Virus record (IMG/VR): IMGVR_UViG_3300028535_000001
Origin: a virus
Strand: one strand, 5' to 3'
DNA: 64,000 nt
A model generated the notes under the pieces. That model searched no databases. It was not told the DNA's origin and worked only from the letters and a program-made list of their open reading frames with translations. The position numbers and the translations under genes were made by a program. Shown piece after piece: positions 9,805 through 20,170 of this stretch (positions within the stretch are counted from its first letter, which is position 1; every line of letters starts with the position of its first letter).

Positions 9805-10644
9805 ATGAAGTTTGATCTTACATATGCACAAAAAAACTATTTAGCGGTAGATTTCTTTCTATCAATGTCTTGTAATAAAGACTGCCACTATTGTACAAGT
9901 TATACTTTAGAAATGAGAAACTTGACAGTAGATTTAAATTTTTTAAGAAAATGTTTAGAGGCTTTAAAACCTTATAAAACTAGGATATGTTTACTTGGTG
10001 GAGAACCAGGTTTAATTAAGAACTTACGTGAAGTTATATCAATGATAAAAGAATATCCTAATTTTATTTGTCAAGTTTTATCTAACTCTTTTATAAGAAA
10101 AAGGTATCCTGAAATACTAGAAGATCCAGAAATATTATATGTAGAACACTTAACATTAGATTTTTATCCAGATGAAATAAAAAAATTAGGTAACTATGAA
10201 TATTTAGAGCCAAATGAAATGAATAACTACAACGTAGTACTTAAAACACCTAATTACTTTAAATATATAGCAAACTATCCAAAATTTAAAAAGAAATTAG
10301 CCCATAAAAATACTATGTTCAAAGCATTTAATGGTAGAACACCATCTAAAGGTGACGTAGAAGAAGTACACCAACAGGCGGCTGAAATAGACCGTAAAAT
10401 GTGTGCCGCTTTTCCAATGGTGCCTGTTATTGATTTTGAGAAAAGACACATAGTACACTGTAGTAAAAAATTTGCAAATAACACCGAATTGTCTAGGTCT
10501 TTCCCTATAACAAAAGAAAATATTGATAAGATGATGAATTTTCAATTATTTAAATACGAAAAGTATTGTGTAACATGTAAGGAGTATGTACAACCAAAGG
10601 GACACTTCCCTATTGAGAAGTACGCTAATATATTAAATAGATAA
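9805..10644 (+). CDS. Radical SAM protein with C-terminal Cys cluster
   Basis: CNKDCHYC, LLGGEP; C-terminal C...HC...CVTC. Confidence 0.85.
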   Translation: MKFDLTYAQKNYLAVDFFLSMSCNKDCHYCTSYTLEMRNLTVDLNFLRKCLEALKPYKTRICLLGGEPGLIKNLREVISMIKEYPNFICQVLSNSFIRKRYPEILEDPEILYVEHLTLDFYPDEIKKLGNYEYLEPNEMNNYNVVLKTPNYFKYIANYPKFKKKLAHKNTMFKAFNGRTPSKGDVEEVHQQAAEIDRKMCAAFPMVPVIDFEKRHIVHCSKKFANNTELSRSFPITKENIDKMMNFQLFKYEKYCVTCKEYVQPKGHFPIEKYANILNR

Positions 10645-10654
10645 GGAGTAAATT

Positions 10655-11053
10655 ATGAATGAAACAGATGATCCAGATTTAAGAGTGCCTAAACCCGCTG
10701 TTGACGCACAACTTAATGCTACACTAGACGATATTACAGACCACCAAGAAACTCGTTTAGAGTATATTAATCATATTACAGAGAAACTTAAAACTTGTTA
10801 TGATCCTGAAATTGATACAGACATTTATACACTTGGACTTATATATGATGTTAAGGTTACCTCTGAAAGATACGTATTTGTATTAATGAGTTTAACGTCT
10901 GCTTTTTGTCCAGCAGTAGATGAAATAGTTAATGGAGTTAAAATGGCAGTTGATAGTATTCCAGGACTAAAATGTACTGTTAGAATTACAATGACACCTA
11001 TGTGGTCTAGAGATATGATTGATCCCGAAATAAGAGAAGTAATGGGACTGTAA
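10655..11053 (+). CDS. DUF59/SufT-like Fe-S cluster assembly protein
   Basis: YDPEI..DIYTLGLIY...MSLTSAFCP...P.W motif. Confidence 0.88.
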   Translation: MNETDDPDLRVPKPAVDAQLNATLDDITDHQETRLEYINHITEKLKTCYDPEIDTDIYTLGLIYDVKVTSERYVFVLMSLTSAFCPAVDEIVNGVKMAVDSIPGLKCTVRITMTPMWSRDMIDPEIREVMGL

Positions 11054-11076
11054 TAAATAAGTATGAGGAGAACATT

Positions 11077-12597
11077 ATGAAAATTTACGCTGTTGCTATA
11101 AACTTACACGACCATAACACCTATGACGGTGTTTATCATAATCAATTAGAAAGACACACAAGATTTAAACATAACTTACCATACAAAGCAGAAGCTTATA
11201 ATCATCAATCAGATATATTAAATCCTGGTGATTATACTTTAAATGATAAATTTGTAGCAGAGCATGTTAAAAAAGAACCTGATACACTTTTCGCATTTAC
11301 ATATACTTATGGTGGTATAAGAAAAGCAAAAAAAGAATTATGGAATACTATATTTAAAGGTCACGATGAAATTTTAGATTATGAAGTTAAAACATTATGG
11401 CAAAGACACTATAAAGATGGCATTTATTATATTGACCATCATCAATCACATGCCGCTTATGCATTTTTAAATTCAGGTTATAAACAAAGTGATATACTTG
11501 CAATAGATGGTATTGGCTCAAGATATAGATGTGTATTCTTTGACAGAGACGGCAACGCAACTGATTTATCATCAAAACTTCCTATTGGGTGGTTATGGAA
11601 TCATATGTCTAACTTGACAGGATTTGGAACATTAGGTGCAAGTAAACTTATGGGTAAAGTTGGTTATGGAAAACATAGTGACTATTACTATAATGTATTA
11701 TCTCAAATTTTAGAAGGACCTATATTAGAAAGAAAATATCCAGAATGGAAACAAATTAAAATTTCTACACATGGTATAGATGACCTAGCATACACACTAC
11801 AAGAAATTACAATGGAAAAAATTAAAGAACATATCTATCCATTAAAAACATCCGATAATCTTTGTCTTGCTGGTGGTGTTGCTTACAATGGTTATGTAAA
11901 TGAAATGTTTACCGAAAAATGGGATAATGTTTTTATTCCACCTGCAATTGGTGATGAAGGCCAAGCTATTGGTACTTATCAACATGCTGAATATACAATA
12001 AACAATAGAGTACACAAGTCTAACGTATATGCCGGCAAATCATACGAGTATATAGGCGAAAAAAAATTAACGTCTTATAAAGAAATAGCACAAGAAATCG
12101 CCGATGGTAAGATAGTAGGTTGGTTTCAAGGTAAATCAGAAAGTGGTAACAGAGCATTAGGTAATAGAAGTATATTAGCTGATCCTAGAAATCCAGAAAT
12201 AAAAGATATTATCAATAGTACAATAAAAATGAGAGAAGATTTTAGACCATTCGCTCCAGCAGTTTTAGAAGAACATTATAAAGAATATTTTGAGACAAAT
12301 AGTCCTAGTCCTTATATGTCAAGAATATGTAAAGTAAAAAAAGATAAAAAATCAGTAGTACCTGGAATTACTCACGTTGATGGTACTGCTAGAATACAGA
12401 CAGTTAACAAAGAAGATAATAATAAATTTTATGAACTTATACGAGAGTTTGGTGTTATCACTGGTGTTCCTATGTTGCTTAATACAAGTTTCAATTGTCA
12501 AGAGCCTATAGTAGAAACACCTCAAAATGCATTAAGAACTTTTAAAAGAACAGGATTAGATATATTAATTATTAATGATTATGTGGTAAGAAAATGA
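11077..12597 (+). CDS. Carbamoyltransferase (NodU/CmcH/TobZ family)
   Basis: HHQSHA, IDGIG, LAGGVAYN, RALGNRSILADP, RPFAP, THVDGTARIQTV, LLNTSFN. Confidence 0.93.
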   Translation: MKIYAVAINLHDHNTYDGVYHNQLERHTRFKHNLPYKAEAYNHQSDILNPGDYTLNDKFVAEHVKKEPDTLFAFTYTYGGIRKAKKELWNTIFKGHDEILDYEVKTLWQRHYKDGIYYIDHHQSHAAYAFLNSGYKQSDILAIDGIGSRYRCVFFDRDGNATDLSSKLPIGWLWNHMSNLTGFGTLGASKLMGKVGYGKHSDYYYNVLSQILEGPILERKYPEWKQIKISTHGIDDLAYTLQEITMEKIKEHIYPLKTSDNLCLAGGVAYNGYVNEMFTEKWDNVFIPPAIGDEGQAIGTYQHAEYTINNRVHKSNVYAGKSYEYIGEKKLTSYKEIAQEIADGKIVGWFQGKSESGNRALGNRSILADPRNPEIKDIINSTIKMREDFRPFAPAVLEEHYKEYFETNSPSPYMSRICKVKKDKKSVVPGITHVDGTARIQTVNKEDNNKFYELIREFGVITGVPMLLNTSFNCQEPIVETPQNALRTFKRTGLDILIINDYVVRK

Positions 12598-13400
12598 TTT
12601 ATAAAAATAAATTTGGTGAAATTGATATATTAAATTCAAAATATAATTTTAATAATAAAACTATAGCCATATCTATGTCTGGCGGATGTGATAGCACTAT
12701 GTTATGTTATTTGCTTGCAAAAACTATACAAAAGGAAAAATTAAATATTATTATACAACCATATAATGGTTACGATATTGATATACCACACGATTCTGAA
12801 AATGTGCCAAACATTATAAAATATATGCAAAATAAATTTCCAGGTGTAATAAGATGGCCAATAGGGGTGGTTTATAAAACTTTAAGTAATGAAAAAACTG
12901 TTCTAGGTACAGGTACAGGAGATAGTATAGTATTTGAAGATGAGATAATTAGACAAGATTTGCCATTTAAAGGAAATAAAATTCTTTTTGAATCAGATAA
13001 AGATAAAAATAATTGGATCCGCCCATTAAGAGATTTAATTGAAAAAAAAGTAGTTGATAATATAGTAATTGTAGCACTTTCACAAGGTCCTCCTTTAAAA
13101 GTACAACTAGATATGATAAAAAAATACAATATGGTAGGTCCAAAATTAATACAAAGAATAGAAGGATATTTAGATAAAGAAGATTTAAATGAAATCCAAC
13201 AATTGAAGCAGAGCTCTAATCTTGTAAATAATGCACCATTTAAATTTATTGATAAACGATTTATAATACAATGTTATAAAGATTTTAAAATGATGGATGT
13301 TTTAAATGAAATGACCGAATCGTGTACAAAACCTGGTGGAAAATGTGGAACCTGTTGGTGGTGTAGAGAAAGAGAATGGGCAATGGAAGAAGTATGTTAG
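12594..13400 (+). CDS. QueC-like PP-loop ATPase (paralogue 2)
   Basis: MSGGCDS; TESC...CGTCWWCREREWA. Confidence 0.75.
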   Translation: MIYKNKFGEIDILNSKYNFNNKTIAISMSGGCDSTMLCYLLAKTIQKEKLNIIIQPYNGYDIDIPHDSENVPNIIKYMQNKFPGVIRWPIGVVYKTLSNEKTVLGTGTGDSIVFEDEIIRQDLPFKGNKILFESDKDKNNWIRPLRDLIEKKVVDNIVIVALSQGPPLKVQLDMIKKYNMVGPKLIQRIEGYLDKEDLNEIQQLKQSSNLVNNAPFKFIDKRFIIQCYKDFKMMDVLNEMTESCTKPGGKCGTCWWCREREWAMEEVC

Positions 13401-14056
13401 ATTTAAATTTATTAAAAAATATAATGAGTGAGATTAGAGAGAATGATGATCTATTAGATTCGTTAAGTCCTAATCAATTCGCTACTAAACTAAAACTTGT
13501 TGAACATGTAGACAAATTAGATTTTTTAAATAAAGATTCAAAAATAGTTATATTTGGTAGTTGGTATGGCAGTATATTAATACCTGCTTTTTATCATAAA
13601 GTAAAACAAATAGTATGTGTTGATACAGACGCACAAGTAATTAGTAGATCAAAGTATAGAATATTTCCAGAATGGAATATTGATTGGATAACAGGTGATG
13701 TATTTGAAAAGTATAGAGATCAATACGATGGTGTTGATTTGTTTATTAATACATCTTGCGAACATATGAAACCTATGAAAGAATGGGGACCGGCACCAAT
13801 AATGAAAAATCCTTGGTGGGGTAGAACTTCACCTACACACTTTGCTTTTACATCAAACAACATGTTTGATATTGAAGGCCATATTAATTGTGTAGATACA
13901 ATAGAAAATTTTAAGAAACAATTGCCTAGTAATGCAACTGTATTATCAGAGGAAAAGGTAACAGATTATAGAGGTACAAGATTTATTATAGTAGGAAAAA
14001 TGGAAGGAAAACCTGATCCGATTATGTCATGGGAAGAAGCTAAGAAAATAAAATAA
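13394..14056 (+). CDS. Class I SAM-dependent methyltransferase-like protein
   Basis: VIFGSWYG, VCVDTD, INTSCEHM. Confidence 0.65.
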   Translation: MLDLNLLKNIMSEIRENDDLLDSLSPNQFATKLKLVEHVDKLDFLNKDSKIVIFGSWYGSILIPAFYHKVKQIVCVDTDAQVISRSKYRIFPEWNIDWITGDVFEKYRDQYDGVDLFINTSCEHMKPMKEWGPAPIMKNPWWGRTSPTHFAFTSNNMFDIEGHINCVDTIENFKKQLPSNATVLSEEKVTDYRGTRFIIVGKMEGKPDPIMSWEEAKKIK

Positions 14057-14934
14057 TGAAATTATTTGATAATGAAACTAAAAAAAGAGTTATATTCTCC
14101 TTGTATATTAATATACCTAAAGAGGAGTTAGACTTATTTGATAAACATATAAAGAAACCAGAAACAGAGTTTACAAATATTAATACTAAAAATGAATTTG
14201 AAACTCATTACCAAAGACTAATAGATTGTAAAAAAGAATATGCTGATAAAATAGGCGTAGACTTTTTTATGCATGAAGAATATAAAGAATATTACGATCA
14301 CTTTCAAAAAAACTATCCAGAAATTACAAGTTATAATATAGTTAACTTTTTTAAAATACATTTACTATATGAGTATAGTAAAAAATATGATGAAGTATTA
14401 TACCTAGACTTTGATGTTGTTCCTAATACAGACGAAAACTTTTTTGACCATTGGGATTTATCAAAAGGTGTTTGTGTTTTAAATAATAATGAAAGAGTAT
14501 CTCCTATTCAAAAGATTACAGAAAGAACACAAACAATAAGAAGTCCAAACGCAAAATTTTATAATGCTCAAGCTATGTTAATAGAAAAAGGTTTAAGTCC
14601 TGAAAATGATGTTATTAATACAGGTATAATAGGTATTGATAAAGAACATTTAGATCAATTAGAATATTTTACAAATTTTAAAGAAACTCTTAATGAAATG
14701 ACAAGTCTTATAGGTGTATATGATATATTTCCTAAAAAGATTGCTGATTTCTTTGGTTATGATAATGAAACAATATTTGCTGTGAAACTAAAAGAAAAGA
14801 AAGTACCAGTACAATGGTTAGATAAAGATTGGCACTATTTCTTTGATACAAATCTTTTTATTCCTAAAACTGCCAAACTTATACATGCTATTAATAAAAG
14901 GTTTGATATAATTTGGAGAAACATTGATGATTAA
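14056..14934 (+). CDS. GT-A glycosyltransferase-like protein
   Basis: VLYLDFDV (DxD), INTGII, DNETIF, LIHAINK. Confidence 0.7.
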   Translation: MKLFDNETKKRVIFSLYINIPKEELDLFDKHIKKPETEFTNINTKNEFETHYQRLIDCKKEYADKIGVDFFMHEEYKEYYDHFQKNYPEITSYNIVNFFKIHLLYEYSKKYDEVLYLDFDVVPNTDENFFDHWDLSKGVCVLNNNERVSPIQKITERTQTIRSPNAKFYNAQAMLIEKGLSPENDVINTGIIGIDKEHLDQLEYFTNFKETLNEMTSLIGVYDIFPKKIADFFGYDNETIFAVKLKEKKVPVQWLDKDWHYFFDTNLFIPKTAKLIHAINKRFDIIWRNIDD

Positions 14935-15706
14935 AATATGTACTGTATACTTCAAAGGCATGTATACACCAGATTATGTTGCTAACTTATATGATGGACT
15001 GAAAAGAAACAGTACAATACCTTTTCAATTTATTTGTTTAAGTGATGACCCTAACGTAAAGGCCGATGTAGTATTACCATATAATCATCATAGTACTATT
15101 GTAAAGCACTGGCACAAATTAAAATTTTTTAGTCCTTTATTTGGTGGTCAACAACCAGGCGATGAGATTGTTATAATGGATATAGATCAAGTTATTGTAG
15201 GTAATGTAGATGATCTTATAGGACATCCAGTTGGCGATGATGAGTTAGTATCATATGGTGTATTTTGGAATGAAAGATTACATACTAACAGATTAAAAGA
15301 TAATAACATATTACCTTTGAATGGTGGTTTTTATAAATTTAAATCTGGCCAATTCAAGCATATATGGGATGATTTCGCACTTAATCCTGAATATTGGCAA
15401 TTGCATTATTACAATGTAGGTAAAGTACACTTTAAATATTATGGCGAACAAAACTATGTTGATTGGAAAATATTTGAAAAGAAAAGTAAACTTACTAATA
15501 CACCACAAGAATGGTTAGGTAAGTATACAGAAAACGGAAAAGATATGATAAATCTGAACAAGATGTATGCAAAAAAATTTGATACAGATTATATGTTGTT
15601 AGATGAACCAAATGAAAAATTAAAGATTGTACACTATACAGGTCCGAATCGTGTTATTCACGAACTAAAAGACAGCCCTTTGTATAGTAAGTGGATAAAT
15701 AGGTAA
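14924..15706 (+). CDS. GT-A glycosyltransferase-like protein
   Basis: HWHKLKFF, MDIDQV, NGGF, GEQNY, IVHYTG. Confidence 0.72.
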   Translation: MMIKICTVYFKGMYTPDYVANLYDGLKRNSTIPFQFICLSDDPNVKADVVLPYNHHSTIVKHWHKLKFFSPLFGGQQPGDEIVIMDIDQVIVGNVDDLIGHPVGDDELVSYGVFWNERLHTNRLKDNNILPLNGGFYKFKSGQFKHIWDDFALNPEYWQLHYYNVGKVHFKYYGEQNYVDWKIFEKKSKLTNTPQEWLGKYTENGKDMINLNKMYAKKFDTDYMLLDEPNEKLKIVHYTGPNRVIHELKDSPLYSKWINR

Positions 15707-16993
15707 ATGGACGAGAAACAAAAAAAAGAATTTGAACAAAAGTTAAAGGATAAGAAACTATGGTTTTGTCCTTTACCTTTCACACATGTATTCTCTAGTT
15801 TAAGTGGTAGATTTGCACCTTGCTATGACGCACTAGCAAGAACTGGCCATAATATGGAAGATACTACAATAAGAGAATGGTATACTTCTGACTATCAAAA
15901 CACTTTAAGAAAAGAAATGTTAAAAGAGGATTATAATGGTAAATTCTTTAAACATCATTGTACAGGTTGTTGGAAACAAGAATCAAAATATGGTCGTTCA
16001 GATAGACAAAAATATGTTGAACAAATATTAGCAGGTACATTTGATAGTAAAGTACCAGAGTTATTAAGAGCTGTTCAAAAATTTCAAGATGACGGTAAGT
16101 TAGATTTAGATGAAAGAATATTAGACATTAAAATGAAGATGTTTGGTAATGCTTGTAATCTAGATTGTTATATGTGTACACCAAGAAGTGCTAACACTAG
16201 AACTATATCTTTAAAAAAATTAAAGAAAGTATATGATCCTGATTTAGACCCTAAAGACGGTGATAGAATGAATACTTTAAAACATGATGATATAGAATAT
16301 CTAGATGATATTGCCTCTGTAGCAAAATATACTAGATCAATCAAACTAATTGGTGGCGAACCTTTAGTTATGGTAAATCATTATAAACTATTAGACAAAT
16401 TAGTAAAAACAGGTTACTCAAAAGGTATAGACTTAATCTATAAAACAAACTTATCAGTATTTGATATGGACGGTTACAACTTTAGAGATTACTTTGACCA
16501 CTTCAAAGAATTTGTAATGAAAATATCTATAGATAGTTATGGTAAATATAATGACTATATAAGAAAGAAATCAGATTGGCCTTCACTTTTAGATAATATG
16601 AAAACAATGAGAGCAAGAAGAAATGCAAGAGTTAATGTTCACTCTGTAATATCTTTTTTAAGTGTATTAGAAAATTATAAACTAATTGCATTATTAAAAG
16701 ATATGGGTATAGCACATACGTTCTATATTATAGAATATCCAAAAATCTTACAAGTTAAAAATTTACCATATGATATAAAACAAAAATTAATACCTTTTTA
16801 TAAAGACTATCCTAACATTATAAGATCATTAGAAAAGGAACAAGATGAAGCAGAATTTATTAAGACTATTGAGTATTGTCAAGATTTAGATGAAAATGGC
16901 TTCAGTAAGGAAAAAGGACATGATTTATTTGCACTACATCCAGAACTAGAAGAACATTATATAAAGGCGAAACAACGTGAGACAAGACATTAA
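15707..16993 (+). CDS. Radical SAM protein with N-terminal twitch/SPASM domain
   Basis: WFCPLPF...PC...CTGCW, then GNACNLDCYMC and IGGEP. Confidence 0.88.
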   Translation: MDEKQKKEFEQKLKDKKLWFCPLPFTHVFSSLSGRFAPCYDALARTGHNMEDTTIREWYTSDYQNTLRKEMLKEDYNGKFFKHHCTGCWKQESKYGRSDRQKYVEQILAGTFDSKVPELLRAVQKFQDDGKLDLDERILDIKMKMFGNACNLDCYMCTPRSANTRTISLKKLKKVYDPDLDPKDGDRMNTLKHDDIEYLDDIASVAKYTRSIKLIGGEPLVMVNHYKLLDKLVKTGYSKGIDLIYKTNLSVFDMDGYNFRDYFDHFKEFVMKISIDSYGKYNDYIRKKSDWPSLLDNMKTMRARRNARVNVHSVISFLSVLENYKLIALLKDMGIAHTFYIIEYPKILQVKNLPYDIKQKLIPFYKDYPNIIRSLEKEQDEAEFIKTIEYCQDLDENGFSKEKGHDLFALHPELEEHYIKAKQRETRH

Positions 16994-17014
16994 ATAATAA
17001 TTGAAGGAGATATT

Positions 17015-17770
17015 ATGAAGCTAACATACGGCGAACAGACAATAGACTTATTTGGAGAAGACATTTTTCCAGATGGACCCCCAGAAAAGGTTGTAATCTC
17101 ATTATCAGGAGGTTGTGACTCATCATCACTTACATATTTAATTGGAACTAATTTTCCAAATATTCAAATGTATCCTTTTCATTCAAAAGATGAAGACTGC
17201 ACTATAGATACTGAACGTGCTATAGAAGTACATAAATTTTTACAAGACAAATTTCCTACAGTTAATGATTTAGAAGTCTTTAATGTAAGAACAAGTGATC
17301 CTAGTTGGCAAAAAAAGGCCAAAGAAGCAATGGCTAATCCAAAAAATAGTCCTACAGTAAATGGTAAAAAAGTTTCTATGTGGGGATCATTAAACGGTTG
17401 TTCAAAAGCTCTACAAAACAGAAACGTAAGATCAATTATGTCAACAAGATATTCAGCACCTGTTGTTATGGCCATGACTTCTAATCCTCCAGTAGATGTA
17501 CAAAAAGAAAGAGGATTTTATGATGTAGCAGAAAGAAAAAGGGATCCAGGCGACAGTAATTTAAAAATGATGGATATAATGCCAGCTGGTGGTAAAACAT
17601 ATCAACCATATCTAAAAGTTAATAAAAAGTTTGTAGCAGGTATCTTTAAAGAAAATAATTTAATGGAAACTTTATTTCCAAAAACTAAATCATGTGCTTG
17701 GTCAAAAACACTTGAAATATGTGGTAAATGTTTTTGGTGTAATGAAAAAGCTTGGGCATTTGAGGATTAG
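17015..17770 (+). CDS. QueC-like PP-loop ATPase (paralogue 3)
   Basis: LSGGCDS; TKSC...CGKCFWCNEKAWA. Confidence 0.75.
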   Translation: MKLTYGEQTIDLFGEDIFPDGPPEKVVISLSGGCDSSSLTYLIGTNFPNIQMYPFHSKDEDCTIDTERAIEVHKFLQDKFPTVNDLEVFNVRTSDPSWQKKAKEAMANPKNSPTVNGKKVSMWGSLNGCSKALQNRNVRSIMSTRYSAPVVMAMTSNPPVDVQKERGFYDVAERKRDPGDSNLKMMDIMPAGGKTYQPYLKVNKKFVAGIFKENNLMETLFPKTKSCAWSKTLEICGKCFWCNEKAWAFED

Positions 17771-17779
17771 ACGTACATT

Positions 17780-18247
17780 ATGGTTGCTACAATACGATAC
17801 ATAAATGTCAATCCTGATGGTGGCGTACCAAAGCGTCATGTCACTACAGCTAATATAGAAAAATTAGGTCTTAAAGAAGATAAACAAAATTCTCATGGAG
17901 GACTTAATCGTGCTGTTTTATTATATGATAATCAAAAAATTATCAAATTACAGGCAGACGGACACCCTATTGCTCCTGGAACAGCCGGAGAAAATATAAC
18001 TATAGATTTTTGGAGAGAAGGATTATCATATGATAATTTTAAAAAAGGAGATATAGTTAAAGTAGGAAAAACAATACTTGAATTAACTTTTACAGCACCA
18101 CCATGTAAAGGAATTGGTAAGTCATTTTTAAATGGCAACTGCAAATTAGTAGATGAAAAAGTTAATCCAACATATGGCAGATGGTGTGCCAAAGTTTTAA
18201 AAGAAGGCCAAATAAGTATAGGAGATGTAATAGAGATTGATACATAA
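17780..18247 (+). CDS. MOSC domain protein (YiiM-like)
   Basis: HGGLNRAV, PGTAGENI, PPC, G.I.IGD. Confidence 0.88.
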   Translation: MVATIRYINVNPDGGVPKRHVTTANIEKLGLKEDKQNSHGGLNRAVLLYDNQKIIKLQADGHPIAPGTAGENITIDFWREGLSYDNFKKGDIVKVGKTILELTFTAPPCKGIGKSFLNGNCKLVDEKVNPTYGRWCAKVLKEGQISIGDVIEIDT

Positions 18248-18867
18248 TGTACACTATAAAAAAACTTAAAACCTGTACGCTATTGAATTTAATTGATTTT
18301 GAAAGCCATAATCTATTATCAGGTGATAGGGCTTTAAATGATTTGCGTTTTAGTAAATTAAAACAATTGTTGTTTGAAACTCCGAAATTTGATGACTTAT
18401 GTATAGTAACTGAAAATTTAGATGAGTATGGTTATAATACTAGAATGAATGAACTATTTACTGAAGTTAATAACAGATATTATTGGCTAGAGTTACCAAA
18501 CTTCAACGAGGGATATGATAGATTTAACAAAGAAAATCCATTTAACTCCATTAAATTTATTAAAAAAGAATTTAAAATTTTAGGAGCTGAAATTAAAAAT
18601 GTAATTGTGGCAGGTCAAAACTTACCAGGTTGTGTTTTTAAATCATTAGATCACTCTGCTTTACGTTGGGCTGAACAAGGACATCATGTACAGATAGTAT
18701 TATCTATGTGTGGCGATTATGAAGTGTCTGGTGTTGGACCAGAAAAATATATGAACTCATTTGCTAATTTATATAAACAAATTAAAAAATCTGGACAATG
18801 GGCTAATATTGATTTAGTATCTGAAATTAAAGATATAAAATTTTTTAAAAATGGTGAAGTAATATGA
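18247..18867 (+). CDS. Isochorismatase/cysteine-hydrolase-like protein
   Basis: LLNLIDFE near N-terminus; VIVAGQNLPGCV...AEQGHHVQIV resembles the catalytic Cys region. Confidence 0.45.
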   Translation: MYTIKKLKTCTLLNLIDFESHNLLSGDRALNDLRFSKLKQLLFETPKFDDLCIVTENLDEYGYNTRMNELFTEVNNRYYWLELPNFNEGYDRFNKENPFNSIKFIKKEFKILGAEIKNVIVAGQNLPGCVFKSLDHSALRWAEQGHHVQIVLSMCGDYEVSGVGPEKYMNSFANLYKQIKKSGQWANIDLVSEIKDIKFFKNGEVI

Positions 18868-19103
18868 GAAGAATAATTTATGATTAGAGATAGTAATAAT
18901 GCAGCTAATGATGAGTTTGGTATAAGTGAAGAAGAATTTAACAAGCGTCATAAGAAAGCACTCAAAGACGCAGAACCAACAGGCATTAAGCGAAGAAAAA
19001 AGAAAAGAATACCTAAAGAAAAACCTAATCCTTTTAGAGGGCTAGGTAACGGTGGCAGTAGCAGAGGACCTTGGCCTAAATGATTTAATATGAGAAGAAT
19101 AAT
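18860..19103 (+). repeat. 18-bp direct repeat TAATATGAGAAGAATAAT (18860-18877, 19086-19103) flanking a small ORF
   Basis: Two identical copies 226 bp apart. Confidence 0.85.
18880..19083 (+). CDS. Small basic hypothetical protein
   Basis: 67-aa ORF between the repeats. Confidence 0.5.
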   Translation: MIRDSNNAANDEFGISEEEFNKRHKKALKDAEPTGIKRRKKKRIPKEKPNPFRGLGNGGSSRGPWPK

Positions 19104-19674
19104 AGCTTGTAGATTCGGTAATAAGTTTACACAATGGCATGTTGATAATTTAAAATATATGATAGATTTCCATTCTGGAATATCATATGATTCTTTTGAA
19201 GTTATTGAAAATGATATTTACGGTAATTGGTATAATAAATTCCAAATGTACGATAAGTTCCGGGATGGGGAGAACTTATACTTTGATTTAGACGTTATTA
19301 TATGGAAAAAGTTACCAGATTTATTCAGAAAAGACTTTACTTTATTAAATGATTTATGGTGGAGAGAAGAAGCTCATACTCCATTAAACTCAACTATTGT
19401 CTCTTGGACAGGAGATGTTTCTCACATATGGAAAAAATTTAAAGAAGCTGACACGTGTTACCTGGAGATGTATAATAAAGGTAGTGATGAGTTTTATTAT
19501 AAAGAAATAGAATACAAAAACTATGATAAAGTTTGTCCTTCTATTAAAAACTATATGTATGAAATTCCACCAAAAGAATTTAGTATCTGTACTCTAGGTC
19601 AAATGAACCACCTTTTAGAACCTGGTTGGAAAGGTTGGTGGTCAGATTTTATTCTACCTCACTATAAAGATTAA
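19090..19674 (+). CDS. GT-A glycosyltransferase-like protein
   Basis: WYNKF, YFDLDV, LNSTIVSW, GSDEF; related to 14924..15706. Confidence 0.68.
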   Translation: MRRIIACRFGNKFTQWHVDNLKYMIDFHSGISYDSFEVIENDIYGNWYNKFQMYDKFRDGENLYFDLDVIIWKKLPDLFRKDFTLLNDLWWREEAHTPLNSTIVSWTGDVSHIWKKFKEADTCYLEMYNKGSDEFYYKEIEYKNYDKVCPSIKNYMYEIPPKEFSICTLGQMNHLLEPGWKGWWSDFILPHYKD

Positions 19675-20170
19675 GAGCACTCTTTAATAATTCAATTCTA
19701 GTTTTACATTTTCTTAATGCTTTTTTACCTTCAAGATTTTTAGAATCTTTTATCTTATCTATTTCAAACAATCCAATCTTTAAAGCAAACATTTCATCTT
19801 CGGTTGCTTCTTCAGGATTAAAAATAAAATCAAGAACTCTATTAGGAGAAGTATCATCTGTTTGTACAAGACCCTCTCTTTTAGCAATAGCTAAAGCTAC
19901 CTGTTCAAATTCTTTTTTTTGTTCTTCATTGTGACGATATGTACTCTCATGTATTTTTTCTATATTGGTAACTTTCATTAATGATATAAAGTATGGATGT
20001 TTTTCATCAAACTCAACGTGAGTAGATGTAAGACTTTCTTTATTTTCATTAGTTAATACTTCAATCCAATCTCTATTACTACTAGTAAATCTAGCGTCAA
20101 CGAAATATTTTAACATTTCATCACCAAATCCTACTTCTTTATGTTCTCTTTTCATTATTTCAATTGACAT
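19649..20170 (-). CDS. Hypothetical protein
   Basis: 173-aa ORF overlapping the epimerase stop. Confidence 0.65.
   Translation of the reverse strand: MSIEIMKREHKEVGFGDEMLKYFVDARFTSSNRDWIEVLTNENKESLTSTHVEFDEKHPYFISLMKVTNIEKIHESTYRHNEEQKKEFEQVALAIAKREGLVQTDDTSPNRVLDFIFNPEEATEDEMFALKIGLFEIDKIKDSKNLEGKKALRKCKTRIELLKSALNLYSEVE

Noticed and set aside
8902-10644. queC-queE 7-deazaguanine DNA modification operon
   Set aside because: No queD, folE or dpdA in the window; the radical SAM lacks clear QueE features. Cannot be excluded genome-wide.
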